Shown here one piece after another: positions 1 through 9,318 of a DNA stretch of 64,000 nt (positions are counted from its first letter, which is position 1; each line of letters opens with the position of its first letter). The notes beneath the pieces are model-generated. The model did not search any database. It was not told the origin of the DNA and saw nothing but the letters and a program-made list of their open reading frames with translations. This stretch comes from a virus. The stretch is taken from IMG/VR virus record IMGVR_UViG_3300031825_000008, positions 1 through 64,000 of that record; one strand, 5' to 3'. A program made the translations under genes and the position numbers.

Positions 1-74
1 AAGCGGCTTGCTACGAGCGTTACTCCTTCGGCTGGACTGACTGGCGCGGTCTCTTTGGCTCGGCTGGCGTCTAA
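1..74 (+). CDS. C-terminal end of a window-truncated upstream gene of the late operon
   Basis: Frame 3 is open from the window edge to TAA at 72-74 (...CYERYSFGWTDWRGLFGSAGV*). A strong terminator follows. Confidence 0.35.
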   Translation, partial: AACYERYSFGWTDWRGLFGSAGV

Positions 75-82
75 CGACAACA

Positions 83-113
83 GGGCGGGGCTTCGGCCCC
101 GCCTCTTTTTCTC
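83..113 (+). terminator. Rho-independent terminator
   Basis: GGGCGGGGC-TTCG-GCCCCGCC hairpin followed by TCTTTTTCT. Confidence 0.7.
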
Positions 114-176
114 TAGTGTCACAGGTCTTGTGTAAGCGGACGGTTCGAATCCTCCGGGCACCAACAGGAGACTACC

Positions 177-1094
177 ATGGCCCTTACTAATTTCCCGAAC
201 GGCATTTCCAGCATGGGTATGCCCGTTCCGCTCGTCAACGACGGTTCCTCGGCTTTCAGCACCTATTACTTCGTCAACACCTTCAATGGTGCGGACGGCA
301 ACAAGGGTACGTCCGCGACGTCTGCGTTCCAGACCATGGATCGTGCTTTCGACGTAATTCTGGCGAACAACAAGTCGGGTGCGGTAATCTTCGTCGTGGG
401 TCGAATTACCGAGAACCTGACCGCCCCGGCGGGCATTTTCGACGTGACCATCATCGGCGCGGGTAACGCCCCGCGTAACGCTGATGCCCACACCTCCAAC
501 AACGGCTACTTCGCAGCCTCGTGGCAGGCGTCGGATCAGACCCTCCCGCTGCTTACTTTCCAGCAGCAGGGCTGGCGGGTGCAGAACATTCTGTTCGACT
601 GCCCGACCTCGGCGGCGGCTCTGCGGTTCCCCCGCAACGCCTCGTCCGGCGACGACGAGCGAGACTCGTCTCATACGCAGGTTATCGGTTGCCGTTTTGG
701 CGCAGGCCAGAACGCTATCGAAATTACCGGCACTGAGAACGTGTTCGACGTCCAGCTGATCGGCAACATCTTTAATGACTCGACGGGCGTAGCGATCACG
801 TCGGCGGCGGGTTACGCCTACCGCTGGGTTCTCCAGAACAACGTGTTCCTCAACAACGCCGGTCATATCAACGTTGCCGCCAACCAATGGTCCGTCGTCG
901 GAAACACCTTCGGCAAGACCACCGCCGCCGCGACCTACATCGACTTCACTGGTGGTGCGGATAACAGCGTTTGGGGCAACCAGCTTGCTGGCACCTACTC
1001 CAACCTCGGTGGCTACACGGCGGGCACCAACGACTTCTGGGCGGGCAACTTCAACGTCCTCTCGGGCGGCGTCACGGCCTCCAATCCGGCCTAA
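177..1094 (+). CDS. Right-handed parallel beta-helix repeat virion protein (pectate-lyase-like fold; spike, fibre or surface protein)
   Basis: AGGAG RBS. Successive short rungs (NAIEITGTENVFDVQLIGNIFNDSTGVAITS, VLQNNVFLNNAGHINV, VVGNTFG). Bracketed by two intrinsic terminators. Confidence 0.5.
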   Translation: MALTNFPNGISSMGMPVPLVNDGSSAFSTYYFVNTFNGADGNKGTSATSAFQTMDRAFDVILANNKSGAVIFVVGRITENLTAPAGIFDVTIIGAGNAPRNADAHTSNNGYFAASWQASDQTLPLLTFQQQGWRVQNILFDCPTSAAALRFPRNASSGDDERDSSHTQVIGCRFGAGQNAIEITGTENVFDVQLIGNIFNDSTGVAITSAAGYAYRWVLQNNVFLNNAGHINVAANQWSVVGNTFGKTTAAATYIDFTGGADNSVWGNQLAGTYSNLGGYTAGTNDFWAGNFNVLSGGVTASNPA

Positions 1095-1097
1095 TTG

Positions 1098-1125
1098 GGA
1101 GGGGGCTTCGGCCCCCTTCTCCTTC
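1098..1125 (+). terminator. Rho-independent terminator
   Basis: AGGGGGC-TTCG-GCCCCCT hairpin followed by a T/C-rich run. Confidence 0.55.
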
Positions 1126-1138
1126 TTAGGAGAACAGT

Positions 1139-1549
1139 ATGGCTGACACCGTAACTACTCAGGTCCTCGTTAACAATGCGAGGAACTTGATCATTAAATT
1201 TACCAACGAGTCCGATGGTACGGGCGAGAGTGGCGTCACGAAAGTCGACGCCACCTCGGCCACCTATGCCAATATGGGTGTTGCCCCCGGCATTCACCTT
1301 AAAGTTATGCGTGTTCAGTACGACGTGAATAACGGCGCGGTCCGTATGCGCTGGGATGCCAGCACCGACGTCGACATGTTGATCCTCGGCCAAGGCGTCG
1401 GTAACCACGACTACACCTTCATGGGCGGCCTGACGGTCCCGGTCGTCGCCGGGGCCACTGGTAGCATTCTGTTCACCACGGTCGGGTTCGTCTCGGGTTC
1501 GTCTTATTCAATCACTCTCGAAATGATTAAGGGCGTGCCGCAGTCGTGA
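1139..1549 (+). CDS. Small beta-rich virion-module protein, function unknown
   Basis: AGGAGAA RBS; 136 aa; coding-like GC3. Confidence 0.55.
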   Translation: MADTVTTQVLVNNARNLIIKFTNESDGTGESGVTKVDATSATYANMGVAPGIHLKVMRVQYDVNNGAVRMRWDASTDVDMLILGQGVGNHDYTFMGGLTVPVVAGATGSILFTTVGFVSGSSYSITLEMIKGVPQS

Positions 1550-1728
1550 GAAGCATCCGCAATACTCGTACTTTCCGAAGGGCAGCCGTAGTTATTATGC
1601 GTTCTCTCGGAGACAACACCGGTTCGTCGAGCGGACAGGTCCCGGCTGCTGCGACTCCATACGTCACTGAGACCAACGACAATTACGTGACTGAAGACGG
1701 CCTCCAGAACTATATTACGGAAAGCTAA
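1546..1728 (+). CDS. Hypothetical small protein
   Basis: GTG start in a GTGA overlap with the upstream stop; 60 aa. Confidence 0.35.
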   Translation: MRSIRNTRTFRRAAVVIMRSLGDNTGSSSGQVPAAATPYVTETNDNYVTEDGLQNYITES

Positions 1729-2936
1729 TGTCTGTAAAATTCTCGGCCATCGCAGCGGCGGGTGCTATCACCGGCACAGATAAGGTCCTTGGCGTCCAAG
1801 CCGGTCCGACCGACGTTGTGTACACGATTACCAACCTCGCCACTTTCTTCTGGAATTCTCCCACTCTCGTCACTCCTGTAATTGGAGTTGCGACCGGTAC
1901 GTCACTTGCCCTAGGCGGCGCGACCATCGGCAGCAACGCGCTGGCGGTGACGGGGACGGCAGCGATCAGCGGTATCACAACAACTGGCGGTGTCACAGTT
2001 ACCGGGACCACGGCTGGCGTGGACGGCATGTGGCTTGCCGCCGCCAACCAGTTGGTCTTAGGCACGGCTGGTGTCGAACGACTTCGCATCAATTCGGCTA
2101 ATGCAAGCTATCAGGGGGCCGCGTCAGGCTTTGCGCTTCAGTTTGCAGGATCGTCATCAACCGTTCCAGTGTTCGTCCCGAACCGCGCCGACACGACAAC
2201 CGGCATTGGCGCGCAGGCATCGGGCAATGTCAGCATCATCGCGGGCGGTGCTGAGATTGCGCGCTTTAGCTCAAGCGCGCTTAGCCTTACAACAAAGGAC
2301 TTGAACGGCGTCAATGCACTAACCGCCGGGTTTGAAACCCTTAGCGGAAACGCGACCGCCTCCCTCTCAAATCTGCTTTTCAGCGGCACCCTGTTCACTG
2401 GCGGCACCGGCACCACCACGTTCCCGCAAATCCTCGTGCAGCCGACCGGCACCACGGCGGTCACGACTTGGAATACGTCAGGCACGATACTCGGCGCGAA
2501 CGTGGTCAGCGGCTTCGCTGGCAACTTCCTCGACTTCCACGTTGCGGGCGGCGGAAGTGTATTTTCCGTGTTGGCGGCGGGATCAACGCTGGTTGCTGCT
2601 GGGGCAACTTATGGGTGGTCTGGTCGTGGCGTCATTGGCGCTTCTGCCGATGGCGTTTTTACAATGGTCAACGCAGCGGCGTCTAGTTTCACCCGCCTGA
2701 ACTTTGGCGGTACAACTTCCGCATCTGGTGCAATTGCTCGCGACGGTGCGGGAATTCAAGTAATTGCCGCAGACGGCACGACCGGCGCTTTTCTTTCTGG
2801 TGTCGAACAGACGGCTCCAGCGGCTCCAGCCGCAAACGGTTATCGTATTTTCGCGCAAGACAACGGGGCAGGTAAAACGCAGCTCATGGTAATTTTCTCG
2901 TCGGGAGCAGCGCAGCAAATCGCAATTCAGCCATAA
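1728..2936 (+). CDS. Gly/Thr/Ala-rich fibre-like structural protein
   Basis: TAATG coupling; 402 aa of G/T/A/S-rich, beta-type low-complexity sequence. Confidence 0.55.
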   Translation: MSVKFSAIAAAGAITGTDKVLGVQAGPTDVVYTITNLATFFWNSPTLVTPVIGVATGTSLALGGATIGSNALAVTGTAAISGITTTGGVTVTGTTAGVDGMWLAAANQLVLGTAGVERLRINSANASYQGAASGFALQFAGSSSTVPVFVPNRADTTTGIGAQASGNVSIIAGGAEIARFSSSALSLTTKDLNGVNALTAGFETLSGNATASLSNLLFSGTLFTGGTGTTTFPQILVQPTGTTAVTTWNTSGTILGANVVSGFAGNFLDFHVAGGGSVFSVLAAGSTLVAAGATYGWSGRGVIGASADGVFTMVNAAASSFTRLNFGGTTSASGAIARDGAGIQVIAADGTTGAFLSGVEQTAPAAPAANGYRIFAQDNGAGKTQLMVIFSSGAAQQIAIQP

Positions 2937-2946
2937 GGAGGCTGTC

Positions 2947-3201
2947 ATGGCTGTCCTCACGATCACTATCGGAGCACTCAGCAACACCAAGACGATCTCC
3001 AACGCGGATATCACTCGCGTCCTCAATGCCGCCAAACGTGGGTATGGTCAGGTCCTCGACAATGGCGTCCTGCGGGACCGTACAAATCAGGAATTGCTTG
3101 ACTTAATCGCCGCGGAGTTTCACAGAAAGCTTGACGAAATGGCGAGACAATCGGAGGCGACAGCCGCAATAGAGGCCACACTACCAATTTCTATCACATA
3201 A
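2947..3201 (+). CDS. Hypothetical protein
   Basis: AAGGAGG RBS; 84 aa. Confidence 0.55.
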   Translation: MAVLTITIGALSNTKTISNADITRVLNAAKRGYGQVLDNGVLRDRTNQELLDLIAAEFHRKLDEMARQSEATAAIEATLPISIT

Positions 3202-3212
3202 ACGAGGAAAAC

Positions 3213-3350
3213 ATGTCTACCGTTGAAGAAAAGCTTCAGACTATGCTCGGCTCCCTTGTTCTCCAGAACGCCCAGCTTCAGACTCAGCTAGAAGCGGCCC
3301 TTGAGAAGATCAAGGAATTGGAGCCCAAGAAGGACGAGAAGAAAAAGTGA
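3213..3350 (+). CDS. Small coiled-coil protein (45 aa, below the ORF-track cutoff)
   Basis: GAGGA at 3204-3208, ATG at 3213, TGA at 3348-3350. Translation: MSTVEEKLQTMLGSLVLQNAQLQTQLEAALEKIKELEPKKDEKKK. Confidence 0.45.
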   Translation: MSTVEEKLQTMLGSLVLQNAQLQTQLEAALEKIKELEPKKDEKKK

Positions 3351-3742
3351 GGGAAATTGTACTCGCCACCTCTGGTGGCCCCCACCCCCCTATTAAATGG
3401 GCGGAATGCACCGCCCAGTGTATCGTGGAGGGAGACAGTCCGGAGGCGGATAAGGCGAAAACCCTGATCCGGAACATGCTGGTCGTCAAATATAACGACC
3501 TTCAGCACAAGGAGCGGGAGCGCCTGCAGGCCAAGAACGACCCGGAACCTGACTCTCTGTTGGATCGAGAGTGGGTCGAGAGCACTCTATACGCCCTGTC
3601 CCTCCTGATGAAGGGTGGTCCCCACGAGTTGCATTTCTCTCAGGACCATGTTTTAAATTACTTGTACCGTTTGCTGTCGCACCACTCGGCCACGGTCAAG
3701 GATATCGAAAGAAAGTGGCACGCGGACCGCTTGAGAGGGTAA
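3347..3742 (+). CDS. Hypothetical protein (visibly lower-GC insert in the virion module)
   Basis: GTG start overlapping the upstream TGA (GTGA); 131 aa. Confidence 0.45.
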   Translation: MREIVLATSGGPHPPIKWAECTAQCIVEGDSPEADKAKTLIRNMLVVKYNDLQHKERERLQAKNDPEPDSLLDREWVESTLYALSLLMKGGPHELHFSQDHVLNYLYRLLSHHSATVKDIERKWHADRLRG

Positions 3743-3743
3743 A

Positions 3744-4193
3744 ATGGCTACCACCACCGCAATGTGCACCAGTTTCAAGTCTGAAGTTGCTCAGGCGCTG
3801 CACAACTTTACCGCGTCTACCGGCAACACCTTCAAAGTGGCCCTGATCAAGGTCGGTCCCGCCGGTACTTACGGCGCGGCTTCGACCAACTATTCAAACA
3901 TCACCGGCAACTCGGACGAAGTGTCGGGGACTGGGTATTCGGCGGGAGGTACTGCTCTTACCAACGTTACCCCCACGACCTCTGGCACTACCGCCTATTG
4001 GACGTTTTCGCCCAATCCGTCGTGGACCACGGCCACTTTCTCGGCCACTGCTGCAATGATTTACAACACCTCCAGCAGCAACCGGGCCGTTGCCACTTAC
4101 GATTTCGGCGGCACGCAGACAGTGTCGGTCGGTACTTTCACCTTGGTCATGCCAACAGCGGATGCTTCGAACGCGGTCCTACGCATCGCGTAA
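3744..4193 (+). CDS. Conserved-looking virion-module protein of unknown function
   Basis: 149 aa, T/S/G/A-rich beta protein directly upstream of a fibre-like gene. Family resemblance is recalled only. Confidence 0.5.
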   Translation: MATTTAMCTSFKSEVAQALHNFTASTGNTFKVALIKVGPAGTYGAASTNYSNITGNSDEVSGTGYSAGGTALTNVTPTTSGTTAYWTFSPNPSWTTATFSATAAMIYNTSSSNRAVATYDFGGTQTVSVGTFTLVMPTADASNAVLRIA

Positions 4194-4202
4194 AGGACTG
4201 TC

Positions 4203-5234
4203 ATGGCGATCAGCCTAACTTATCAAACCTCCGCCCAGCAGACTGCTAGCACCACTACATTCACGTATGCAGGCCAATCAATTGGAACTGCGACGACGGA
4301 TCGATATGTTGTAATCGGAACTATGGCTGCGGGTGGTGGTGGAGCGGGAGTCACGGTATCCAGTATTACTGTGGGTGGTATAGCGGCTACAATCGTTGTT
4401 CAGCGCAACGGTAATAGTGGAGCGTCAAATGCCGTAACGGCATTAGCCATTGCGGCAGTACCTACTGGGACTACGGCAACAGTCGTCGTCACCTATTCCG
4501 CTACTCAAGCCCGCTCCGCAATTGGTGTGTGGTCTTGTACGGGGTTAGTGACCCCTGACCCTATCAGCACCAACTCTAGTGTTGCTAATCCGTCCTCGCT
4601 CACTTTGAGTACGTATTCAGGTGGGTTCGCCATTGGTATGGTAGGACAGAACGCCGTAAGCACAGCAGCGTGGACGAACCTAACAGAGAGATTCGACAGC
4701 ACGGTTGATAGTGCCTTGTATTCAGGAGCAGACAGTAACGGTACTACTTCAGGATCGACACTAAGCGCATCCTGTACTATTAGTACCGGGGGTTTGTCCG
4801 AACAATCAGGCGTGGCGGCTGCGTGGGGCAATCTGTCCGCAACAGGTGTCAATGGGACCGGTGCGGCGGGGACCATGGCCCTTGCGGTCTCGGCCAACCC
4901 CGTAGGAGTAGCGGGGACCGGAGCGGCAGGCACTATCGTCGCACAAAGTGACCGGATCGACGTTCCTTTGACCGGCGTGGCTGGAACAGGGCAAGTCCGA
5001 GCTCCTACTCTGTTCATTGATTCTAATATTCCGTTAGTCGGAGTCGCCGGTACGGGTGCTGCTGGTACTATTCGTAATTCTCAATTTTATACCTTGACAG
5101 GAGTGTCCGGAACTGGTGCTGTGGGCGAAATCTTCCCGACCCCACCGGCACCGACGAGGCGGGCACGACTGTACATTCCGCCGCACGACGATTACCCGGC
5201 CACGATCTGGGCGGGCACCGCGAGACAAACATAA
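4203..5234 (+). CDS. Fibre-like protein with five GV(A/S/N)GTGAxG repeats
   Basis: Repeats GVNGTGAAGT, GVAGTGAAGT, GVAGTGQV, GVAGTGAAGT and GVSGTGAVGE are encoded at 4845-5129. Confidence 0.55.
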   Translation: MAISLTYQTSAQQTASTTTFTYAGQSIGTATTDRYVVIGTMAAGGGGAGVTVSSITVGGIAATIVVQRNGNSGASNAVTALAIAAVPTGTTATVVVTYSATQARSAIGVWSCTGLVTPDPISTNSSVANPSSLTLSTYSGGFAIGMVGQNAVSTAAWTNLTERFDSTVDSALYSGADSNGTTSGSTLSASCTISTGGLSEQSGVAAAWGNLSATGVNGTGAAGTMALAVSANPVGVAGTGAAGTIVAQSDRIDVPLTGVAGTGQVRAPTLFIDSNIPLVGVAGTGAAGTIRNSQFYTLTGVSGTGAVGEIFPTPPAPTRRARLYIPPHDDYPATIWAGTARQT

Positions 5235-5725
5235 TGGCCGACGACAAACATTACGTAGGAGGTGAGTTCTATCGCATTTGCGATATGACCGGATTTAAAA
5301 TCCGTGCCCCACATACGCGTAAGCAATGGAACAATATCATAGTTCGCGAACAGTCGTGGGAGCCTCGTCAGCCTCAGGACTTCGTCAAAGGCGTACGCGA
5401 TGAACAGGCGGCACCGGAGCCTCGTCCTCGTCAAGTTAACGTGTTCTTGGGACCGTTGGTTACGACGATTACAGCGTCGCGTTCAATCGGAGCGGTTAGT
5501 ATCCCTGTCGAGAGCACGGGTCGAATGTATGCGGGTGACATTTTGAAGATTATCTTGAACAACGGCGAAACCTTCACAGTAGCGATCGGTTCGGTAGACG
5601 ACAGCCGAACTCTTACGTTGGTGAGCCCGTTGCCTTGGTCGGTGTCCAATGGCAATGAAGTTACCGATACCAGCGTGGTGGCGGCAGCAGATATTAATTC
5701 TGAAGGATCGGCGGGAGACGACTAA
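5234..5725 (+). CDS. Hypothetical virion-module protein
   Basis: TAATG coupling; 163 aa. Confidence 0.5.
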   Translation: MADDKHYVGGEFYRICDMTGFKIRAPHTRKQWNNIIVREQSWEPRQPQDFVKGVRDEQAAPEPRPRQVNVFLGPLVTTITASRSIGAVSIPVESTGRMYAGDILKIILNNGETFTVAIGSVDDSRTLTLVSPLPWSVSNGNEVTDTSVVAAADINSEGSAGDD

Positions 5726-6684
5726 TGGCAGTGTCCACAGACGTTACCTTTAACTACAATCGCAACCAAATCATCAAGGCGGCGGCGCGAAAAGTAGGTG
5801 CATTTCAGGCGGGTGAGACCCCCGATGCGCAGACCGTGCAGGATTTCTCCGACGCCTTGAACATCATGGTCAAACACTGGAATGCCATAGGTATTCACGT
5901 GTGGACCGAGACCGAGGCCACTTTGTTCCTGCAGCCGGGTCAGTATTCTTACGAGGTTGGCCCGAACTCTACGGACCACGCCACGGAAGAGTATTCGTCC
6001 ACCACTTTGGCCTCTGATTACACGGCGGGCGGTCTCACCATTACTGTCGACGACGACACGGGTATTGCGAACGGCGACTACATCGGAGTGGTTCTGGACG
6101 ACGGAACGATTGGTTGGTCGACCGTGAACGGCACCCCCGTAGCTAACGTGGTTACTATAAGTGCGGCGTTGTCGGACGGCGCGACCACGGCGTCGAACGT
6201 GTATTTTTACACCACCAACATCAGCAAGCCCCTGCGTATTCCGTTCGGTCGACGGTATTTCATTTCGTCCGCCATTGCTACGCCGATGACGCCGTTGTCA
6301 CGCCATGACTACTACGATCTGCCCAACAAGGCCAACACCGGCACGATTACGCAATATTTCTACGATCCCAAGCGGGCGAACGGTATTATCAAGCTGTGGC
6401 CCGCGCCGACCGATGCCGAGTCCACGTTTAATTTTACGTGGTACAAGTCCATCGCCAACTTCGACTCGGCGGCGACCGACCCCGACTTTCCACAAGAGTG
6501 GACTAACGCTCTTATCTTCAATCTCGCGTATTACATGGCACCTGAATATGGGGTGCCCGCCGATCAGTACGCAATCATTAAAGACATGGCGATGACCACC
6601 CTCGACGATATGAAGGGTTGGGATCGCGAGCCCGAATCTACTTATCTGGGGGTGGACTTCACAATGATGGGGTATGGTCGTTGA
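5725..6684 (+). CDS. Head-to-tail adaptor candidate (occupies the P22 gp4 position)
   Basis: TAATG coupling; 319 aa immediately upstream of the gp10-like gene. The call is positional only. Confidence 0.4.
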   Translation: MAVSTDVTFNYNRNQIIKAAARKVGAFQAGETPDAQTVQDFSDALNIMVKHWNAIGIHVWTETEATLFLQPGQYSYEVGPNSTDHATEEYSSTTLASDYTAGGLTITVDDDTGIANGDYIGVVLDDGTIGWSTVNGTPVANVVTISAALSDGATTASNVYFYTTNISKPLRIPFGRRYFISSAIATPMTPLSRHDYYDLPNKANTGTITQYFYDPKRANGIIKLWPAPTDAESTFNFTWYKSIANFDSAATDPDFPQEWTNALIFNLAYYMAPEYGVPADQYAIIKDMAMTTLDDMKGWDREPESTYLGVDFTMMGYGR

Positions 6685-8090
6685 TCATTCCTTTCGCTAC
6701 GCAGAGCTACAAGTCTCGTGCATTGCCGGTGTCGTCGCAGCGTTGCCTAAATATGTTCGCAGAGGCGCAGCCTCCTTCGGCCAAGGCCCAAATTCCTATC
6801 TTCGGGGTGCCCGGTCTCACGTTGCTAAACAATGTGGGTGTCGGTCCGATCCGTGGTATGTGGAACATGAACGAGACGCTGTACGTGGTGTCCGGTAATC
6901 GTTTGTATTCGGTGTCCGAGACCGGCACCGTCACTTTGCTCGGGGTTGGTATTTCGGAAACCAACGTCGTCAGCATGTGCGATAACGGCGATCAATTGTG
7001 CATCGTAAACGGCGTGAACGGGTATATCTACAGCACGGCGACTGGGTTTATTCGAATCACCGACTCTAACTTCCACGCCGCAGACGTGGTCACGTTCTTC
7101 GACGGTTATTTTGTGTTCAATTGGGCGGGGACCAACAAGTTCTTCATTTCTAATTTGTTGGACGGCACGACTTACGACGCGCTGGCCTTTGCTTCGGCGG
7201 AGGTTCAACCCGACTACGTATTGTCGGTTGTCAACCAGCAAGAGAACCTTCTGATCTTCGGCACCCGCTCCATTGAGACGTGGTATGATTCGGGCGACAT
7301 TAACTTCCCGTTTGCCCGATACGACGGCGCGACCATTGAGCGCGGCCTCGCCGCCGCCAAGGCTGTCATCAAAGAAGACAATTCGGTGTTCTTCTTGGGC
7401 AACGATCTGATTTTCTATCGCCTGAACGGAGTGGTTCCGGTGCGGGTCAGCACCCATGCTATCGAGACCGCGTGGAACAAATATAACCGTGTCGATGACG
7501 CATATTGCTTCACGGTAACTTATGAAGGTCACAAATGGATTCATGTTACCTTCCCCTCGGCCAACGCTACGTGGGTCTATGATATTGCTACCGATTTGTG
7601 GCACGAACGTATGTCATATAATTCCAATGGAACAGAAATGGGCCGTTGGCGCGGTGCGGTGTTTTGTGCTTGTTATGGAAAGAATTTGTTCGGCGACGCT
7701 TACACGGGTGCAGTCGGGTATTACGACTCCACGACATACACCGAATACGGCAATCCGATCATCGGGGAGCTTATCGCCCCCGTGATCCACGCCGACCGCC
7801 ACCGAGTGTTTATGCGAAGGTTCGAACTGGACGTCGAAACAGGCGTGGGTCTGGTCACTGGTCAAGGTAGCGACCCCCAGATCATGTTCAACATTTCAGT
7901 CGATGGGGGGCGCACGTTCTCGGCGCTGCAACCTTGGCACACGATGGGTCAGATGGGGGCGTACCTGACGCGTCTCCGTTGGTTGCGAATGGGTCAGTTC
8001 CGTCAGGCTGTGGCCAAGATCACGATTTCGGACCCAGTCCCCCGGTGCATTATGTCTAATTCGGTCGACCTTGATGTAGGCACGTCCTAA
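6681..8090 (+). CDS. P22 gp10-like tail hub / packaged-DNA stabilisation protein
   Basis: ORF is open from 6618; the likely start is TTG at 6681, overlapping the upstream TGA. The C-terminal block FMRRFELDVETGVG...GGRTFS...RLRWLRMGQFRQ...ISDPV resembles the recalled P22 gp10 C-terminus. Confidence 0.6.
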   Translation: MIIPFATQSYKSRALPVSSQRCLNMFAEAQPPSAKAQIPIFGVPGLTLLNNVGVGPIRGMWNMNETLYVVSGNRLYSVSETGTVTLLGVGISETNVVSMCDNGDQLCIVNGVNGYIYSTATGFIRITDSNFHAADVVTFFDGYFVFNWAGTNKFFISNLLDGTTYDALAFASAEVQPDYVLSVVNQQENLLIFGTRSIETWYDSGDINFPFARYDGATIERGLAAAKAVIKEDNSVFFLGNDLIFYRLNGVVPVRVSTHAIETAWNKYNRVDDAYCFTVTYEGHKWIHVTFPSANATWVYDIATDLWHERMSYNSNGTEMGRWRGAVFCACYGKNLFGDAYTGAVGYYDSTTYTEYGNPIIGELIAPVIHADRHRVFMRRFELDVETGVGLVTGQGSDPQIMFNISVDGGRTFSALQPWHTMGQMGAYLTRLRWLRMGQFRQAVAKITISDPVPRCIMSNSVDLDVGTS

Positions 8091-8533
8091 TGGTGGACTC
8101 TACTAGAATCGCCCATCCCCTTACGCCTCCCAGCCCACGCTTACAACTGGTGGACAAAAGCGGGCTGCTGTCGAGTCCCGGCCTGTCCCAGATGCAGCAG
8201 ATATACAAATTGCTGAATGGGTTGGTGCCAACAATAGCCTGCGACTGCACGGGTACTAACACTTTGACGCTTACCCCGGTGAACATTTCACCTCAGGTTC
8301 AAAGGTATGTGGCGTTCCTCGGAATAGCGTTCGTGGCCGCAGATACTTCGACCGGCACTGTTAGCGCGTACCTGTCTCTCCCCGCCCCGACCGGCGACCT
8401 CGACACTCTCCCCGTGTACAAAGACAACGGCGGCACCGCTGCAGGGGCGGGCGATATCGTCGCGGGGCGGTTCTACCTTTTATATTTCGTCGACTCAGTA
8501 AATTCAGGCAACGGAGGTTTCGTACTTAAATGA
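8090..8533 (+). CDS. Hypothetical virion-module protein
   Basis: TAATG coupling; 147 aa. Confidence 0.5.
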   Translation: MVDSTRIAHPLTPPSPRLQLVDKSGLLSSPGLSQMQQIYKLLNGLVPTIACDCTGTNTLTLTPVNISPQVQRYVAFLGIAFVAADTSTGTVSAYLSLPAPTGDLDTLPVYKDNGGTAAGAGDIVAGRFYLLYFVDSVNSGNGGFVLK

Positions 8534-9318
8534 AGGCCCAAGCAAAGCTGGCTGACACCGAAGTCAAGATCACACGGCACATTGATGCCAAGTTCGCTAA
8601 TCGAGTGGTCAACGACCCGTCTGTTTATGACTGGGTCCGTGGTCCCCTCCAAGGCGAGATTGACGTGTCCCCCCTCGTAGAGGACATTGGAAATATCTTG
8701 CTGGCGGGTGAACACGGGTGTGTAATTCTGATCCGGCAGCACATCGGAACTTATGACATTCATACACAAATTCTGCCGTCCGGTCGTGGCAAGTGGTGCG
8801 TGGATTTTATGCATCAAGTGTTGCGTTGGATGTTTACCCAGACCTCCGCCGTCGAACTGACTTCCCGCGTACCTAAGGGCAATCTAGGTGCCCTAGCCTT
8901 AGTTCGGTCCTTCAAGCTTAGGCCCGAATTCACGTTGGAGCGGGGGTGGGTGATCCGAGATAAGCCCGTCCCCGCTACTGTGTATTCAATTCAACTCCAA
9001 GACTGGATCAGAAATTTCGGCCCGGTGTCCACTGGCAAGTGGTTCGCCAAGCGCCTCGCCGAAGAATATGCCAAACATGGAGTCAAAACCGAAGTAATGG
9101 CAGGTCTCAGCGACCCCCATTTCGCCCAAGTCGGAGCAGCCATCGAAATGATCTTTGGTGGACAAAGAGAAAAAGGCGTGATATTTTACAACCGGTGGGC
9201 AAGTATGGTAGGAATTACGCCCATCCAGATCGTCACTTTAAATCCCTTGGTCGTTGAATGTCAAGGGGCGCTTATCCGGTTTAGGCCCAACGATTTCTGG
9301 ATTGTCTCATGCCCGTAG
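8530..9318 (+). CDS. Hypothetical virion-module protein
   Basis: ATGA coupling; 262 aa. Confidence 0.5.
   Translation: MKAQAKLADTEVKITRHIDAKFANRVVNDPSVYDWVRGPLQGEIDVSPLVEDIGNILLAGEHGCVILIRQHIGTYDIHTQILPSGRGKWCVDFMHQVLRWMFTQTSAVELTSRVPKGNLGALALVRSFKLRPEFTLERGWVIRDKPVPATVYSIQLQDWIRNFGPVSTGKWFAKRLAEEYAKHGVKTEVMAGLSDPHFAQVGAAIEMIFGGQREKGVIFYNRWASMVGITPIQIVTLNPLVVECQGALIRFRPNDFWIVSCP

Noticed and set aside
142-163. tRNA-like 3' end (GGTTCGAATCC...GGGCACCA); possible attP remnant or tRNA
   Set aside because: No complementary 5' acceptor strand (GGTGCCC), D-arm or anticodon arm lies upstream, and the T-stem does not pair. No integrase is present in the window. It is most likely a chance T-loop-like motif in the leader of the 177 gene.
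4845-5129. Diversity-generating retroelement variable region
   Set aside because: The window has no reverse transcriptase and no template repeat elsewhere. The repeats are intragenic structural repeats.
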